Assembly (NCBI GenBank): GCA_052390235.1
Contig: JBQTHB010000006.1
Location: 1-64,000, forward strand
DNA: 64,000 nt
Reading direction: 5' to 3'
Source: Deltaproteobacteria bacterium
Lineage (GTDB): Bacteria; Desulfobacterota_D; UBA1144; Nemesobacterales; CSP1-2
Part shown: positions 1 to 10,764 of the stretch, in pieces
How the letters are laid out: the number at the start of each line of letters is the position of its first letter
Position numbering within the stretch: the stretch's first letter is position 1
Made by a program: the position numbers and the translations under genes
The notes under the pieces: model-generated
Told to the model about the DNA's origin: nothing
Seen by the model: only the letters and a program-made list of their open reading frames with translations
Database searches by the model: none

Positions 1-108
1 CAATACCCTCGTTATCGCCGCCGTCAACGTAGTCTTACCATGATCCACGTGCCCTATCGTCCCTATATTCAAATGCGGCTTCTCCCTCGCAAACTTTACC
101 TTGCTCAT
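1..108 (-). CDS. tuf: Elongation factor Tu, N-terminal 36 codons (truncated by window edge)
   Basis: Manual translation [36 protein letters not shown]; directly downstream of fusA. Confidence 0.97.
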   Translation of the reverse strand, partial: MSKVKFAREKPHLNIGTIGHVDHGKTTLTAAITRVL

Positions 109-151
109 CGCTCTCCCTTCCTCCTGAAGTTGCACATACTGCGGTTTAGCT

Positions 152-2233
152 TCAAACCCCTCTTGCCTTAGCTTTGATGTCCTGCGATAGCATCTGAGGA
201 AGGTCCGAGTACTGCGCGAATTCCATTGTGAAAGAGCCTCTGCCCTCAGTGATTGACCTTACGCTCGTTGCATAGCCGAACATCTCCGAAAGCGGCACTT
301 CGGCTTTTATCGCCTGCATACCGGCTCGAAGCTCGGTTGACATGATTTTGCCTCTGCGGGAGCTTAAATCCCCGATTACGACTCCCATAAAATCCTCAGG
401 CACCACGACTTCCACACTCATAATAGGCTCTAATATGACGGGATTTGCCTTTCGCACGGCGTCTTTAAACGCCATTGAGCCTGCAATTTTAAACGCGATT
501 TCGGACGAGTCCACCTCATGGTAAGAGCCATCATAGAGAGCCACGGAGAAATCAATCACCGGATACCCGGCTATAACTCCCGTCTCCATTGCCTCTTTAA
601 TCCCCTTTTCTACGGCAGGGATGTATTCCTTGGGAATCACCCCTCCTTTGATTTCATCAATAAACTTAAACCCGCTTCCGCGCTCAAGCGGCTCGATTCT
701 GATTCTCACATGACCGTACTGACCACGCCCACCGGTCTGGCGGATAAATTTTGCCTCAGCCTGAGCGGCGTTGTGTATCGCCTCTTTGTACGCGACCTGG
801 GGCTTGCCGACGTTGGCGTCAACCTTAAATTCGCGCTTCAGGCGGTCAACGATGATTTCGAGGTGCAACTCTCCCATCCCAGAGATGAGGGTCTGACCCG
901 TTTCATCATCGTATCTGACCCTAAAGGACGGGTCTTCAAGGGCGAGCTTGCTCAGCGACAGTCCCAGCCTCTCCTGGTCAACTTTAGTTTTCGGCTCAAT
1001 TGCAATCGAGATAACAGGCTCAGGAAAGACGAGGCTCTCAAGGACAACCGGCCTATTCTCATCACAAACAGAGTCTCCCGTGATGGTGCTTCTAAGCCCC
1101 ACGGCGGCGGCAATGTCCCCAGCGGATATCTCTTTGATTTCCTCGCGCTTATTGGCGTGCATACGCAGCAGCCTTCCTATTCTCTCTCTCGTGCGTTTTG
1201 TGGAGTTGAACACGGCGCTGCCCGAGGTGAGCTTGCCTGAATAGACTCTCAGATACGTGAGCTGTCCCACAAAGGGGTCGGTCATGATTTTAAAAGCGAG
1301 CCCCGAGAACGGCTCTGCATCGTCGGGCTTTCTGATTTCCTCTTGGTCGTTGTATGGATTTATGCCCTTTACCGGAGGCAGGTCTAGGGGAGATGGCAGG
1401 TAGTCAACCACCGCATCTAGCAAAAGCTGAACCCCTTTGTTCTTAAAGGCAGTGCCGCATATAACGGGAACGAGCTTAATGTCTATTGTAGCCAGACGGA
1501 GCGCTTTTTTAATCCTCTCTTCGGAAATGGAGTTGCCGCCTACATAGTCGTCCATGATGGACTCGTCTGTGTCGGCGAGGGCTTCAATCAGGGCTTCCCT
1601 TGCGGCTGAGACCTCGTTGGCAACGTCGGACGGGATTTCGACGAACTCGTATTTAGAGCCTAGTGTGTCCTCTTTCCAGAGCGCGAGCTTCATCTTGAGC
1701 AGGTCAATGATTCCCTTGAAATTATCGCCGTCAAACCAGGGGAGCTGTATAGGGATTGGATTTGAGTTGAGTTTTGTTCTGATTTGAGAGACCGTGCCGT
1801 GGAAATTTGCCCCGACCCTATCCATTTTATTGACAAACGCCATTCTCGGCACTTTGTACCGGTCAGCCTGACGCCAAACTGTTTCAGACTGAGGCTCAAC
1901 CCCGCCCACTGCGTCGAATACTACACACGCCCCGTCGAGAACCTTTAAAGACCTCTCGACCTCTATGGTAAAGTCCACGTGTCCCGGAGTGTCAATGATG
2001 TTAATTCTGTGGTCATTCCAGAAGCAGGTCGTGGTTGCCGCCGTAATAGTGATACCGCGCTCTCTTTCCTGCTCCATCCAGTCCATAGTCGCAGTGCCTT
2101 CATGAACCTCGCCGATTTTATATGTGAGACCGGTGTAGTAGAGGATACGCTCGGTGGTCGTAGTTTTACCGGCGTCAATATGGGCAACTATCCCTATGTT
2201 TCTGGTTTTTTCCATCTCGGAACTTGAACTCAT
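152..2233 (-). CDS. fusA: Elongation factor G
   Basis: [14 protein letters not shown] and NKMD GTPase motifs; 693 aa; str operon. Confidence 0.99.
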   Translation of the reverse strand: MSSSSEMEKTRNIGIVAHIDAGKTTTTERILYYTGLTYKIGEVHEGTATMDWMEQERERGITITAATTTCFWNDHRINIIDTPGHVDFTIEVERSLKVLDGACVVFDAVGGVEPQSETVWRQADRYKVPRMAFVNKMDRVGANFHGTVSQIRTKLNSNPIPIQLPWFDGDNFKGIIDLLKMKLALWKEDTLGSKYEFVEIPSDVANEVSAAREALIEALADTDESIMDDYVGGNSISEERIKKALRLATIDIKLVPVICGTAFKNKGVQLLLDAVVDYLPSPLDLPPVKGINPYNDQEEIRKPDDAEPFSGLAFKIMTDPFVGQLTYLRVYSGKLTSGSAVFNSTKRTRERIGRLLRMHANKREEIKEISAGDIAAAVGLRSTITGDSVCDENRPVVLESLVFPEPVISIAIEPKTKVDQERLGLSLSKLALEDPSFRVRYDDETGQTLISGMGELHLEIIVDRLKREFKVDANVGKPQVAYKEAIHNAAQAEAKFIRQTGGRGQYGHVRIRIEPLERGSGFKFIDEIKGGVIPKEYIPAVEKGIKEAMETGVIAGYPVIDFSVALYDGSYHEVDSSEIAFKIAGSMAFKDAVRKANPVILEPIMSVEVVVPEDFMGVVIGDLSSRRGKIMSTELRAGMQAIKAEVPLSEMFGYATSVRSITEGRGSFTMEFAQYSDLPQMLSQDIKAKARGV

Positions 2234-2280
2234 TTAAACTAACTCCTCCCGTTTAACCCAAGCTGGGTTCGGGGCGATTA

Positions 2281-2751
2281 TCACCATCTGTAGTGAGCGA
2301 AAGCCCTGTTGGCTTCAGCCATTTTATGCGTATCTTCTCTTTTCTTCATTGCTCCGCCCTTGCCCTGGGAGGCGTCCATAAGCTCGGCGGCGAGCTTCTC
2401 TTCCATTGATTTGCCCGACCTCGCCCTTGCGGCATTAATAACCCATCTTATAGTGAGGGAAAGACGCCTGAACGAGCTTACCTCCACCGGCACCTGATAC
2501 GTCGCGCCGCCCACCCTCCTAGACCTCACCTCGACCATTGGTTTTACGTTGTCCATTGCGGACTGAAAAACCTCAAGCGGGTTCCTGCCCAGTTTCTGTC
2601 CCATTATTTCGAGGGCTGTGTATATGACGTTCTCGGCCTTGCTTTTTTTCCCGTCGTACATGAGGGAATTTACGAACTTAGCCACGGTCAAATCCCCGTA
2701 TTTGGGGTCAACGGGGGTCTGTCTCTTTCTGATTGAGCCTTTTCTTGACAT
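2281..2751 (-). CDS. rpsG: 30S ribosomal protein S7
   Basis: [17 protein letters not shown] and C-terminal [12 protein letters not shown]. Confidence 0.99.
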   Translation of the reverse strand: MSRKGSIRKRQTPVDPKYGDLTVAKFVNSLMYDGKKSKAENVIYTALEIMGQKLGRNPLEVFQSAMDNVKPMVEVRSRRVGGATYQVPVEVSSFRRLSLTIRWVINAARARSGKSMEEKLAAELMDASQGKGGAMKKREDTHKMAEANRAFAHYRW

Positions 2752-2772
2752 CTTTGTTTACCCTTTGTTTAT

Positions 2773-3144
2773 TTATTTAGGTCTTTTAGCGCCGTACTTG
2801 GAGCGGCTTTTTCTTCTCTTATCAACGCCGGTTACGTCCAGAGACCCTCTTACGATGTGGTATCTGACGCCGGGAAGGTCTTTTACCCTGCCGCCCCTTA
2901 TGAGAACTACAGAGTGTTCCTGGAGAGAATGCCCTTCGCCCGGAATGTAACCGGTTACCTCAATGGCGTTGGTGAGCCTCACGCGGGCGACTTTTCTGAG
3001 GGCGGAATTGGGTTTTTTCGGAGTCGTCGTATAAACCCTCACGCACACGCCCCTTTTTTGGGGGCAGTTCTGCAGAGCCGGGGCTTTGCTTTTCTTCTTT
3101 ACGATTTCTCTTCCTTCTTTGATAAGCTGACTGATCGTTGGCAT
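2773..3144 (-). CDS. rpsL: 30S ribosomal protein S12
   Basis: [12 protein letters not shown] and [13 protein letters not shown]. Confidence 0.99.
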   Translation of the reverse strand: MPTISQLIKEGREIVKKKSKAPALQNCPQKRGVCVRVYTTTPKKPNSALRKVARVRLTNAIEVTGYIPGEGHSLQEHSVVLIRGGRVKDLPGVRYHIVRGSLDVTGVDKRRKSRSKYGAKRPK

Positions 3145-3181
3145 TAGCCACTATCTCCGGTACCGAAAGTTAATCTTATGA

Positions 3182-3209
3182 ATTTTGCATAAAATATCAC
3201 TCTTGTCAA
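3182..3209 (-). promoter_or_regulatory. Candidate sigma70 promoter of the str operon
   Basis: TTGACA-N16-CAAAAT on the minus strand, about 40 nt upstream of rpsL. Confidence 0.5.
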
Positions 3210-3383
3210 GCATCCAAAGGCGTCTCATCTGGGAATCTGAATACTTGAAAAGAGAGGTGAAAAGCCGCAGGAGGGCAGTATTCTACACAGTGCATTAGAG
3301 ATTGCAAGGCTTACCCGCGTAAATTATGGACTACGCCCCCGCAGGCATAAAATGACACTCTGGCGTGATGATATAATTGTCCC

Positions 3384-5156
3384 ATGAGAATAGTCGAGCG
3401 CAAAGCCGTTGTCTCCATACTGCTATTTCTCCTCGCCATCAGCGCGTTTTCTAAATCCGTCGGCGGGGATTTCGTCTGGGACGACGTGGAGGTTATAGGG
3501 AAAAGCCATGGCTCGTTCCGGGCTTCGGAGATAGTATCCGCTCTAATACCGCCGGAGAAGGAGACGAAACAGGCGAGGTACTACAGGCCCGTCTTTTACG
3601 CCTCCATAGTGGCGGATAAATCGCTTTGGGGGGCGAAGGCGTTCGGGTTTCATCTGTCGAACTTGATTTTTCACTCCGCCGCTACGGTAGTGGTTTATCT
3701 GATGGCTTTTTTTGTGCTGAGGGGGTTTAAAGCCCGAAAACCGGAGGCCGCGTCGGCGCTTGCGGGGGTGTTTTTCGCCCTCCATCCGATGCACGTGGAG
3801 TCGGTATCTTGGGTGGCGGGGAGGACGGACCTGCTCTGCGGGCTATTTTTTTTCGGCGCGTTTGCAATTCACTCGCTGCCTAGGAAAAATTCTATATTCG
3901 CCGCCGCCGCCTCTTTATTTTTTGCCCTGGCTCTGCTGTCCAAAGAGGTCGCGCTCGCGTTCCCGATAGTAGCCCTGGGGTTTGATATTATCTCCCGCCG
4001 GAGATTAGGAAACAAGGAGAGCGCAGTAAAATACGGAGGTTACCTCGCTTTGGCAGGGGTGTATTTGTACCTCCGGGGCAGGGCGTTTGTGAACATCCCC
4101 GACATTCCCGCCGCCGCTTCAGGCGAGGGCGGAGGGGGGATAGAGGCCGGCAGTAGGATTCTCGAAGCCGCGCAGACCCTCCTGCCCGCGCACCTCTACT
4201 ATCTAAATAAGCTGGCGTTTCCATTCGATTTTAACTCTTTTATAACCTCCGTGCCGACGGACGCCCTCTATCTGGCATCAGCCGCCGCGCTGATTTTAGT
4301 TCTATCCCTCGCCGCCGCGCTATCCGTAGCAAAACGGGAGAATGTCTGGGGGTTTTCGATATTCTGGATATTCGCTACCCTTGGGCCCTCGTCCCTTATC
4401 GCTATATTCCCGATAGCCTCAACCCCTCTTGCCGAGAGGTATTTATATATCCCCTCGGCCGGGTTTTGCCTCTTACTGGGATATTTAATAACCGAAGCCG
4501 CGCTCAGATTCAGAAGCGATAAATTAATCCCCGCCCTAGCGATTATTATTGCCCTGCCCTATTTTCTCCTCTCGTGGCACAGGCAGGAGGTTTGGAGCGC
4601 AGACCTCCAGCTCTGGGCGGACGCATCGGCAAAATCCCCATATCACGCCCTAACGCACACGAATTACGGAGTGGCGCTGAAAAACGCCGCAATGCCCAAG
4701 GAGGCGGAAAGAGAGTTCCTCATAGCCCTTAGCCCCGATGTAACCGACACAAACGAAGGGCGCGCCGTTACCGCCAACAACCTCGGCGTGCTTTATCTAG
4801 AGAGGGAAGACTACAGGCGGGCTGAGAAGTGGTTTAATAAAGCCGTGGAGTTTAGCCCCAATTACGGGCTGAGTTACTATCACCTTGGACTTATCAACTT
4901 CATCAAGGGCGAATACACTTCTTCCGAATCGGATTATAGAAAATCGCTCGAATATCTGACCCAGATGCTCAGGTTTTACTCATCCTACGGCAGGGGGCGG
5001 CTACTTTTGGCAAATGTGTATCTGAGGCTCGGCAAGGGGGACAGGGCTAGCGAAGAGGCAAGGCGGGCGATTAGGGACGGCATTGAGCCGATATTATTTA
5101 AGGAAGCCGAGGAGATAATCCGAGTGAATGAGCAGTCCCGTGATAAAAAGCCATAG
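3384..5156 (+). CDS. TMTC-like GT-C membrane glycosyltransferase with C-terminal TPR repeats
   Basis: FVWDD, YYRP, HPMHVESVSWVAGR, ALLSKE and AERYLYIPS motifs; multiple TM segments; TPR-like C-terminus. Confidence 0.85.
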   Translation: MRIVERKAVVSILLFLLAISAFSKSVGGDFVWDDVEVIGKSHGSFRASEIVSALIPPEKETKQARYYRPVFYASIVADKSLWGAKAFGFHLSNLIFHSAATVVVYLMAFFVLRGFKARKPEAASALAGVFFALHPMHVESVSWVAGRTDLLCGLFFFGAFAIHSLPRKNSIFAAAASLFFALALLSKEVALAFPIVALGFDIISRRRLGNKESAVKYGGYLALAGVYLYLRGRAFVNIPDIPAAASGEGGGGIEAGSRILEAAQTLLPAHLYYLNKLAFPFDFNSFITSVPTDALYLASAAALILVLSLAAALSVAKRENVWGFSIFWIFATLGPSSLIAIFPIASTPLAERYLYIPSAGFCLLLGYLITEAALRFRSDKLIPALAIIIALPYFLLSWHRQEVWSADLQLWADASAKSPYHALTHTNYGVALKNAAMPKEAEREFLIALSPDVTDTNEGRAVTANNLGVLYLEREDYRRAEKWFNKAVEFSPNYGLSYYHLGLINFIKGEYTSSESDYRKSLEYLTQMLRFYSSYGRGRLLLANVYLRLGKGDRASEEARRAIRDGIEPILFKEAEEIIRVNEQSRDKKP

Positions 5157-5975
5157 CGCTACGCAAGAGAACAGCCACCGATCGCCCATGAGGGTTTCCG
5201 CAGGGTCTTGAGCCTTGCCCGTCTGAAGCAGATACATATAGCGCAAAATTCCGTAGCAAACCAAAGGCACGGTATAGACAAACTCATCTGGCCCCCTGCG
5301 AACCGAATAAATCGAGTAGGTTACAATGGCGGTCGTGGCAAACACATTAAGCGCCATATCGAGAAATCCGATGGTATATCGCTCCAATACCCTTCTAAAC
5401 CTCGCCGAATCGGGGGACAGCGCAAGCTCGGCGCGCCTTTTCCCGAGGGCGAGAAATAGCGAGAGCAGAAACGTAGTCAAAATGAGCCAGCTAGATATAT
5501 CAACCCCTGAAGCCGCGCCGCCGGCGAGGATTCTCAGCGCGAAACCCGCCGCAATTGTGAATACATCCAGAATTACGATGTGCTGAAGGGTAAGGGAGTA
5601 GAGTAGGCTCACGCCGAGGTAGAGCAGAGCAATCAGCAAAAATTTCCCTCCAAGCCCCGCCGAGAGCGCCGTCCCAAGCGCCGCCGCCGCTATAAACGCT
5701 ACCCCTGCCTGAGATTTAGAAACATTAGCCGAGGCTAAAGGGCGGAGCTTCTTTCGAGAGTGGTTTCTATCGAAATCGGCATCCACAATGTCGTTGGCAA
5801 CGTACCCGGCGGAGGAAATGAGCGAAAACGCCAAAAAAGCCTGCGCCATGACAATGAGAACCGAAGGGTCTCCAAACAGCGCTCCGCCGAAAAACGGGGG
5901 CGCTAGGACGAGAATATTTTTTATCCACTGGCTGGGTCTCAGGAGGCGGATGAGGTGTCGGAGAGGGAGATTCAT
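5094..5975 (-). CDS. UbiA-family prenyltransferase (decaprenyl-phosphate phosphoribosyltransferase-like)
   Basis: RPSQWIKN, NDIVDADFDRNH..KKLRPLAS and LALGKRRAEL motifs. Confidence 0.85.
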   Translation of the reverse strand: MNLPLRHLIRLLRPSQWIKNILVLAPPFFGGALFGDPSVLIVMAQAFLAFSLISSAGYVANDIVDADFDRNHSRKKLRPLASANVSKSQAGVAFIAAAALGTALSAGLGGKFLLIALLYLGVSLLYSLTLQHIVILDVFTIAAGFALRILAGGAASGVDISSWLILTTFLLSLFLALGKRRAELALSPDSARFRRVLERYTIGFLDMALNVFATTAIVTYSIYSVRRGPDEFVYTVPLVCYGILRYMYLLQTGKAQDPAETLMGDRWLFSCVALWLFITGLLIHSDYLLGFLK

Positions 5976-6038
5976 CAGGGCTAAAGTGTAATATTGAATC
6001 TAAAATTAAGAAAGGGCGTCGTCAGTTATAATGGTTTT

Positions 6039-6716
6039 ATGAATTCTACCATTGAGTTTTTTAAAATCGCCCACCGCGGCGCAAGTTTCTACGAGCCTGA
6101 AAACACGATTCGCTCATTTAGGCGGGCAATCGAGATGAGAGCCGATATGATTGAATTCGACGTGCGCCTATCCGCAGACGGCGAGCTTGTGGTGATGCAC
6201 GACGAGATGGTTGACCGAACCACCAACGGCGCGGGGCTGGTGAGGGCTATGACGCTTGGGGAACTCAAGGCGCTCGATGCGGGCTTGGGCGAGAAAATCC
6301 CGACATTTGAGGAAGTCGTCGGGCTTGCGGAGGGGAGGACGGGACTCGTTATCGAGCTTAAGGAATCTGGCACGGAAGAGCGGGTTGTAGAATCCCTCAT
6401 CAAGCGCAATTTGACCGATAATGCCTTTATCGTCTCCTTTCACAGGGATTTGCTCAAAACCGTGAAGCGTATTAATCCGGCGGTAAGAACGGGGCTTATT
6501 CTGTTCTCACATCCGAATCCCACTGATGCCGCCCTTGAGTGTGGAGCGAATGCAGTAGCGCCGTATTGCGACTACATCGCCGCCGAGACTGTCAAAGCCG
6601 CCGCAGAGGCAGGGCTAGTTCTCATCACGTGGACAGTTGACGACGCAGGCAAAGCCGCCAGATTGAGAGATATGGGCGTAAGGGGAATCGTTACCAACAA
6701 GCCCGATGTGATATAG
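6039..6716 (+). CDS. Glycerophosphodiester phosphodiesterase
   Basis: IAHRGAS..PENT, IEFDV, HD..VDRTTNG, IELK, WTVD; start reassigned to ATG 6039. Confidence 0.92.
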   Translation: MNSTIEFFKIAHRGASFYEPENTIRSFRRAIEMRADMIEFDVRLSADGELVVMHDEMVDRTTNGAGLVRAMTLGELKALDAGLGEKIPTFEEVVGLAEGRTGLVIELKESGTEERVVESLIKRNLTDNAFIVSFHRDLLKTVKRINPAVRTGLILFSHPNPTDAALECGANAVAPYCDYIAAETVKAAAEAGLVLITWTVDDAGKAARLRDMGVRGIVTNKPDVI

Positions 6717-6750
6717 ACGAGGGGATTCCCGCGGCTAATTGCCGATACGG

Positions 6751-7218
6751 CTACGGCTTTGCCTCCTGTAATTTAGCCCCTTTTAGGATAAATGCGGTTT
6801 TATATGGAACGCTGGGGCAGCACCGCGGGTCGTCTGGCCCTAGGGTCTTGCCAGAGATAATGATTTTCCCTTTTGACACCGAATCCAAATCCGCATCGCC
6901 CGCGAGGTCGGCCTGTGCTTTAAGCGAGATATTTCCGTCCGCAAACGCAAACACGGCGAGACTCGTGTAGCCGAACGTGGGGCCCAAGAGGTAGTAGAGC
7001 AGGACTACATCCCCGTTGCCATCCCCGTTAACATCGCCGATAAGATGCTTTCCCGGCGACGCGGCCAGTTGATTGTCCGCCGACTCTCTACTCTTTTGGG
7101 CTATGAACGCATCGAGAGCCTGCGCTATCGCCTCGGGCTTCGGGTCTTCGGCTCTCGCCGCAATTACCATGAGCGCGAATATGAGAATTATCGCCGGCGC
7201 GCTGAATATTTTAGACAT
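6751..7218 (-). CDS. Secreted hypothetical protein
   Basis: Signal peptide ending ARA, GDVNGDGNGD EF-hand/FG-GAP-like loop, DDPRCCPS motif; purine-rich RBS before ATG 7218. Confidence 0.7.
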   Translation of the reverse strand: MSKIFSAPAIILIFALMVIAARAEDPKPEAIAQALDAFIAQKSRESADNQLAASPGKHLIGDVNGDGNGDVVLLYYLLGPTFGYTSLAVFAFADGNISLKAQADLAGDADLDSVSKGKIIISGKTLGPDDPRCCPSVPYKTAFILKGAKLQEAKP

Positions 7219-7373
7219 CGCATTTCCCCCTTTGAGAGATTTCACTGCGAGAGATTCTACTCTAAAATCCGTCAGATTTCACCCCGCACATACGCCGCGC
7301 CCTATAGTATCCGTGGAGCGAATCGAGGGGGCTTGACTAAAATCCCTCTTTTCTATAGCTTTATTTCTCGAAC

Positions 7374-8060
7374 ATGGGAATTATCGAGGATATAAAATCC
7401 GACTTTAGCGCCGTATTCGAGCGAGACCCCGCCGCGCGAAGCTCGATTGAGGTGATAATTGCCTACCCCGGACTGCACGCCGTAGCCCTGCATCGCATCG
7501 CCCACAAACTGTGGACGAATAATCTCAAACTCCTAGGAAGAGCCGTATCGCACATTTCGCGTTTTCTGACCGGCATCGAGATTCACCCAGGCGCGGTCAT
7601 CGGGCGTAGTTTTTTCATTGACCACGGCATGGGGGTAGTCATCGGAGAGACCTCTGAAATCGGCGAGAAGGTTACGATTTATCACGGCGTAACGCTCGGC
7701 GGAACGAGTTTTACCCGCGGCAAGCGGCATCCCACCATCGGGCGAAGCGTTACCATCGGCGCGGGGGCGAAGATTTTGGGGCCCCTCACGATTGGGGAAA
7801 ATAGCAAAGTCGGGGCGAATTCCGTAGTCATCTCCGATGTGCCGCCGAATTCAACCGTCGTGGGGATTCCGGGGAAAATCGTCCTCAAAGAGGAATTCCC
7901 CGTCTATTCGGGGCTTGAGCATAATAAACTGCCCGACCCAGTGCAGGCTCTCATCGAGGAGATAGCGGCTCTCAAAAACCGGATTTCCCAGCTTGAGCAA
8001 AACCCCCAGGAGCCGGAGCGCGGCGCAAGAAGGGCGGCAAAGCGCAGGTCGGGTGTTTGA
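7374..8060 (+). CDS. cysE: Serine O-acetyltransferase
   Basis: [26 protein letters not shown] and KRHPT hexapeptide-repeat motifs. Confidence 0.97.
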   Translation: MGIIEDIKSDFSAVFERDPAARSSIEVIIAYPGLHAVALHRIAHKLWTNNLKLLGRAVSHISRFLTGIEIHPGAVIGRSFFIDHGMGVVIGETSEIGEKVTIYHGVTLGGTSFTRGKRHPTIGRSVTIGAGAKILGPLTIGENSKVGANSVVISDVPPNSTVVGIPGKIVLKEEFPVYSGLEHNKLPDPVQALIEEIAALKNRISQLEQNPQEPERGARRAAKRRSGV

Positions 8061-8408
8061 GTTTCTGCGGGGAGGGGGCGGCGATTTTACGGGGAAGCCA
8101 CGGGGGATTTCGAGAAGGAATACTATGATTTCTGCCTATTTCACGTTGGGCAACCGATGCGGATTACGCTCAAATATTTAATCGCAGTCAAAATTGATAA
8201 CTTCCCGCGCACTCATTCGCTTGCTATGCCGTTTAAGGAATTGGCAAACCTCTACGGCGAGAGCGTAATGGCCTTCTATAGCGGCAGCGTTTCAACCATA
8301 ACCTCGCTTGAGCAGGCGTATATCGGAGCGAGAGAGATATATATTGATTTCGAGTTCGATGCCCAAATAGAGGGGCTGAGGCGCTCAGGTTTGGCGAGGA
8401 TTTTTTGA
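8053..8408 (+). pseudogene. HEPN-domain toxin, frameshifted near the 5' end
   Basis: GTG 8053 frame gives (M)FEFLR; after the G-rich run at about 8068-8080 another frame gives RRFYGEATGDFEKEYYDFCLFHVGQPMRITLKYLI...FPRTHSL...LEQAYIGAR, typical of HEPN. Confidence 0.7.
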
Positions 8409-8436
8409 AATTGTCCGGAGAGTTGCGGGGCAAGCC

Positions 8437-8764
8437 GTGAGCCCTGAGACGATTAAAATTTATGAGAGCTATAGGGCGAATTGGCAAAAATGCGCACCCG
8501 AGCTAAAAACCCTAATACGGAGGGAATGCCCCGACGCCGAGGTGTATGTGTTTGGCTCAGTCATCAAGGGAGGCGCACACCCGACAAGCGACATTGACGT
8601 TCTCATCGTCTCCGAGGGATTTAGAAACATCCGAAAAAAGGTCAACTCCCACACGGGACTTAAGCTCGCCTTCCCCATTCGAAGCGCCGTTTGAGTTTCG
8701 CCTCATTCCCCCGGACAAATTTCCCTTCTATCAGAAAATGGCGGAGGAAATGGTTAAAATCTAG
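8437..8764 (+). pseudogene. Minimal nucleotidyltransferase (MNT) antitoxin, frameshifted
   Basis: VYVFGSVIKG...SDIDVLIV motif; C-terminus (FEAPFEFRLIPPDKFPFYQKMAEEMVKI) lies in another frame after about 8675. Confidence 0.75.
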
Positions 8765-8771
8765 GCGGCAA

Positions 8772-9941
8772 ATGAAAAAAATCTATCTCGACTACAACGC
8801 CACGACCCCCGTTGATGCGCGCGTGCTGGAGGCGATGATGCCCTATCTCGGCGGCGAATTCGGGAATCCATCCAGCATCCACTCCTTCGGAAGCAGGGCA
8901 AAAACCGCGCTCGACGACGCAAGGGAGATTTCAGCCGAATTTCTCGGATGCCGCCCGCGCGAGGTGGTCTTCACCGGTAGCGGCAGCGAGAGCAACAATT
9001 TCGCCGTCAAAGGGTACGCGCTCGGGCTTGCCGAAAAGGGCAACCACCTCATCACGACCGAAGTCGAACACGCATCCGCCCTTGAGACGTTCCGCTATCT
9101 GGAGACTCAGGGGTTCGCCGTAACGTACCTAGGCGTGGGCGCAGATGGCCTAGTTGACCTAGATGAACTCACATCGGCGATAACCGCGCGCACGACTCTC
9201 ATCTCCGTAATTTTCGCCAACAATGAAACCGGCACAATCATGCCAGTTGCCCAAATCGCCCAAATTGCCAAAGAGCGGGGCGTCGTATTTCACACGGACG
9301 CAATTCAAGCCGTCGGAAAAATCGGGATAGACCTCCGCTCCCTGCCGGTGGATTTGCTCTCATTTTCCGCTCACAAGCTCTACGCCCCAAAGGGAGTCGG
9401 CGGGCTATTTATAAGAAGCGGCGTTACGCTCCCCCCACTCGTTCACGGCGGAGGGCAGGAGCGCGGCAGGAGGTCTGGAACGGAGAACGTCGCGGGAATT
9501 GTGGGGCTTGGGCGGGCGTTTGAGGTCATGATGCGCGGCGATGCGGGAGATGGGATGCTACAGGATGATGGGCGGGTTAGGCGGCTGAGGGATGCGCTTC
9601 ATGTGGGCATAATGGAGCGCGTCGGGGGCGTGTCTCTCAACGGTCATAGAGAGATGAGGCTTGTGAACACGCTCAATTTGAGCTTTGAAGGCGCCGAGGG
9701 GGATTCCATAGTGATGAATCTCGATATTGAGGGGATTGCCGCTTCCACCGGCTCTGCCTGCTCGGAGGGGAACGTTGAGCCATCTCACGTGCTTCTGGCA
9801 ATGGGGCAGTCGAAGGGGCAAGCCGCATCTTCGGTGAGATTTAGCCTGGGCAGATTCACGCAAGATGGCGACATCCGGCGCGCGCTGGAGGTTCTTCCCG
9901 GAATCGTAGATAGAATCAGAGGCATAGGGCGAGGCTTGTAG
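8772..9941 (+). CDS. iscS: Cysteine desulfurase (IscS/NifS family)
   Basis: IYLDYNATTP, GNPSS, HTDAIQ, SAHKLY (PLP Lys), STGSACS; start reassigned to ATG 8772. Confidence 0.95.
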   Translation: MKKIYLDYNATTPVDARVLEAMMPYLGGEFGNPSSIHSFGSRAKTALDDAREISAEFLGCRPREVVFTGSGSESNNFAVKGYALGLAEKGNHLITTEVEHASALETFRYLETQGFAVTYLGVGADGLVDLDELTSAITARTTLISVIFANNETGTIMPVAQIAQIAKERGVVFHTDAIQAVGKIGIDLRSLPVDLLSFSAHKLYAPKGVGGLFIRSGVTLPPLVHGGGQERGRRSGTENVAGIVGLGRAFEVMMRGDAGDGMLQDDGRVRRLRDALHVGIMERVGGVSLNGHREMRLVNTLNLSFEGAEGDSIVMNLDIEGIAASTGSACSEGNVEPSHVLLAMGQSKGQAASSVRFSLGRFTQDGDIRRALEVLPGIVDRIRGIGRGL

Positions 9942-9975
9942 GGAGTCAAGTATAACGGCTCAATTGCTTGTACTT

Positions 9976-10040
9976 TCACGCGGAGCGAAGCCAAAGGGCT
10001 TTGAGAGAGCTGAAATTTATCCTGAGCCTGCGCCGATGGA
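9976..10040. repeat. Degenerate REP-like intergenic repeat units
   Basis: TCACGCGGAGCGAAGCCAAAGGG and TTATCCTGAGCCTG resemble the CATCCTGAGCGGAGTC(A/G)A units at 12339 and 25895. Confidence 0.4.
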
Positions 10041-10101
10041 TTACCCCGCCGCTTCTAGGATTTATAGCTCCTAGGCTAGGCGAGAGCGGTTTTAATAGCA
10101 C

Positions 10102-10129
10102 TTGTCGTTTCAATATTGCTGTGTATAAT
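10102..10129 (+). promoter_or_regulatory. Sigma70 promoter of the tRNA cluster
   Basis: TTGTCG-N16-TATAAT, 20 nt upstream of tRNA-Pro. Confidence 0.65.
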
Positions 10130-10148
10130 TCCAGTTCTCTGAACGGTT

Positions 10149-10224
<76 letters not shown>

Positions 10225-10305
10225 CAAAGAGCGGTTGCAAAATGGAGGATGCAGGGCAGAGAGATCTCATCCTGCGGCGTTCATTTTGTATCCCAATTGA
10301 GGCTT

Positions 10306-10379
<74 letters not shown>

Positions 10380-10393
10380 CAGGTGAGTTCAGT

Positions 10394-10472
10394 GGTGGGT
10401 GTAGCTCAGGCTGGTTAGAGCGTCGGGTTGTGGCCCCGAAGGCCGCCGGTTCAAGTCCGGTCATCCACCCCA
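10394..10472 (+). tRNA. tRNA-His (GTG)
   Basis: G-1 and C discriminator; anticodon arm TCGGG-TT-GTG-GC-CCCGA; encoded CCA. Confidence 0.97.
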
Positions 10473-10764
10473 CTTGCCTCCCCCTCCCCTGTGTTAAATT
10501 ACCCGAAGCCTGCCGCAAAATCCACTCACGGGGGGGGGAATGTCAACCTGAATTTGCAATCATCCAGAATGGGCAAATCTGTGGTTATAAAACTAATTTA
10601 GCCTCTGCCCGCGCCTCACTGCTCTGGCAGGGACAGGCTCTGCGGCGCGCGCGGGGGCAATTATTGAGGGGTATGCAGGAACTGTCGAATCGGCTTGGGA
10701 GTGGGGGAAACGCCCAGACCGCCAGATGAACCGGACGGACTAGGCTATGCCCTGCGGAGGGAAT

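Noticed and set aside
518..1240. Long antisense ORFs (e.g. 518-1240, 38450-39244, 47433-48110, 53361-53957)
   Set aside because: They shadow well-supported genes on the opposite strand and have no recognisable motifs
8058..8060. Selenocysteine readthrough fusing CysE to HEPN
   Set aside because: CysE is complete before the TGA, no convincing SECIS is visible, and a frameshifted independent HEPN start at 8053 explains the frame
10530..10546. G9 tract next to a minus-strand TTGACA as a second phase-variable promoter
   Set aside because: No credible -10 at the right spacing and no gene downstream, only antisense to tRNAs
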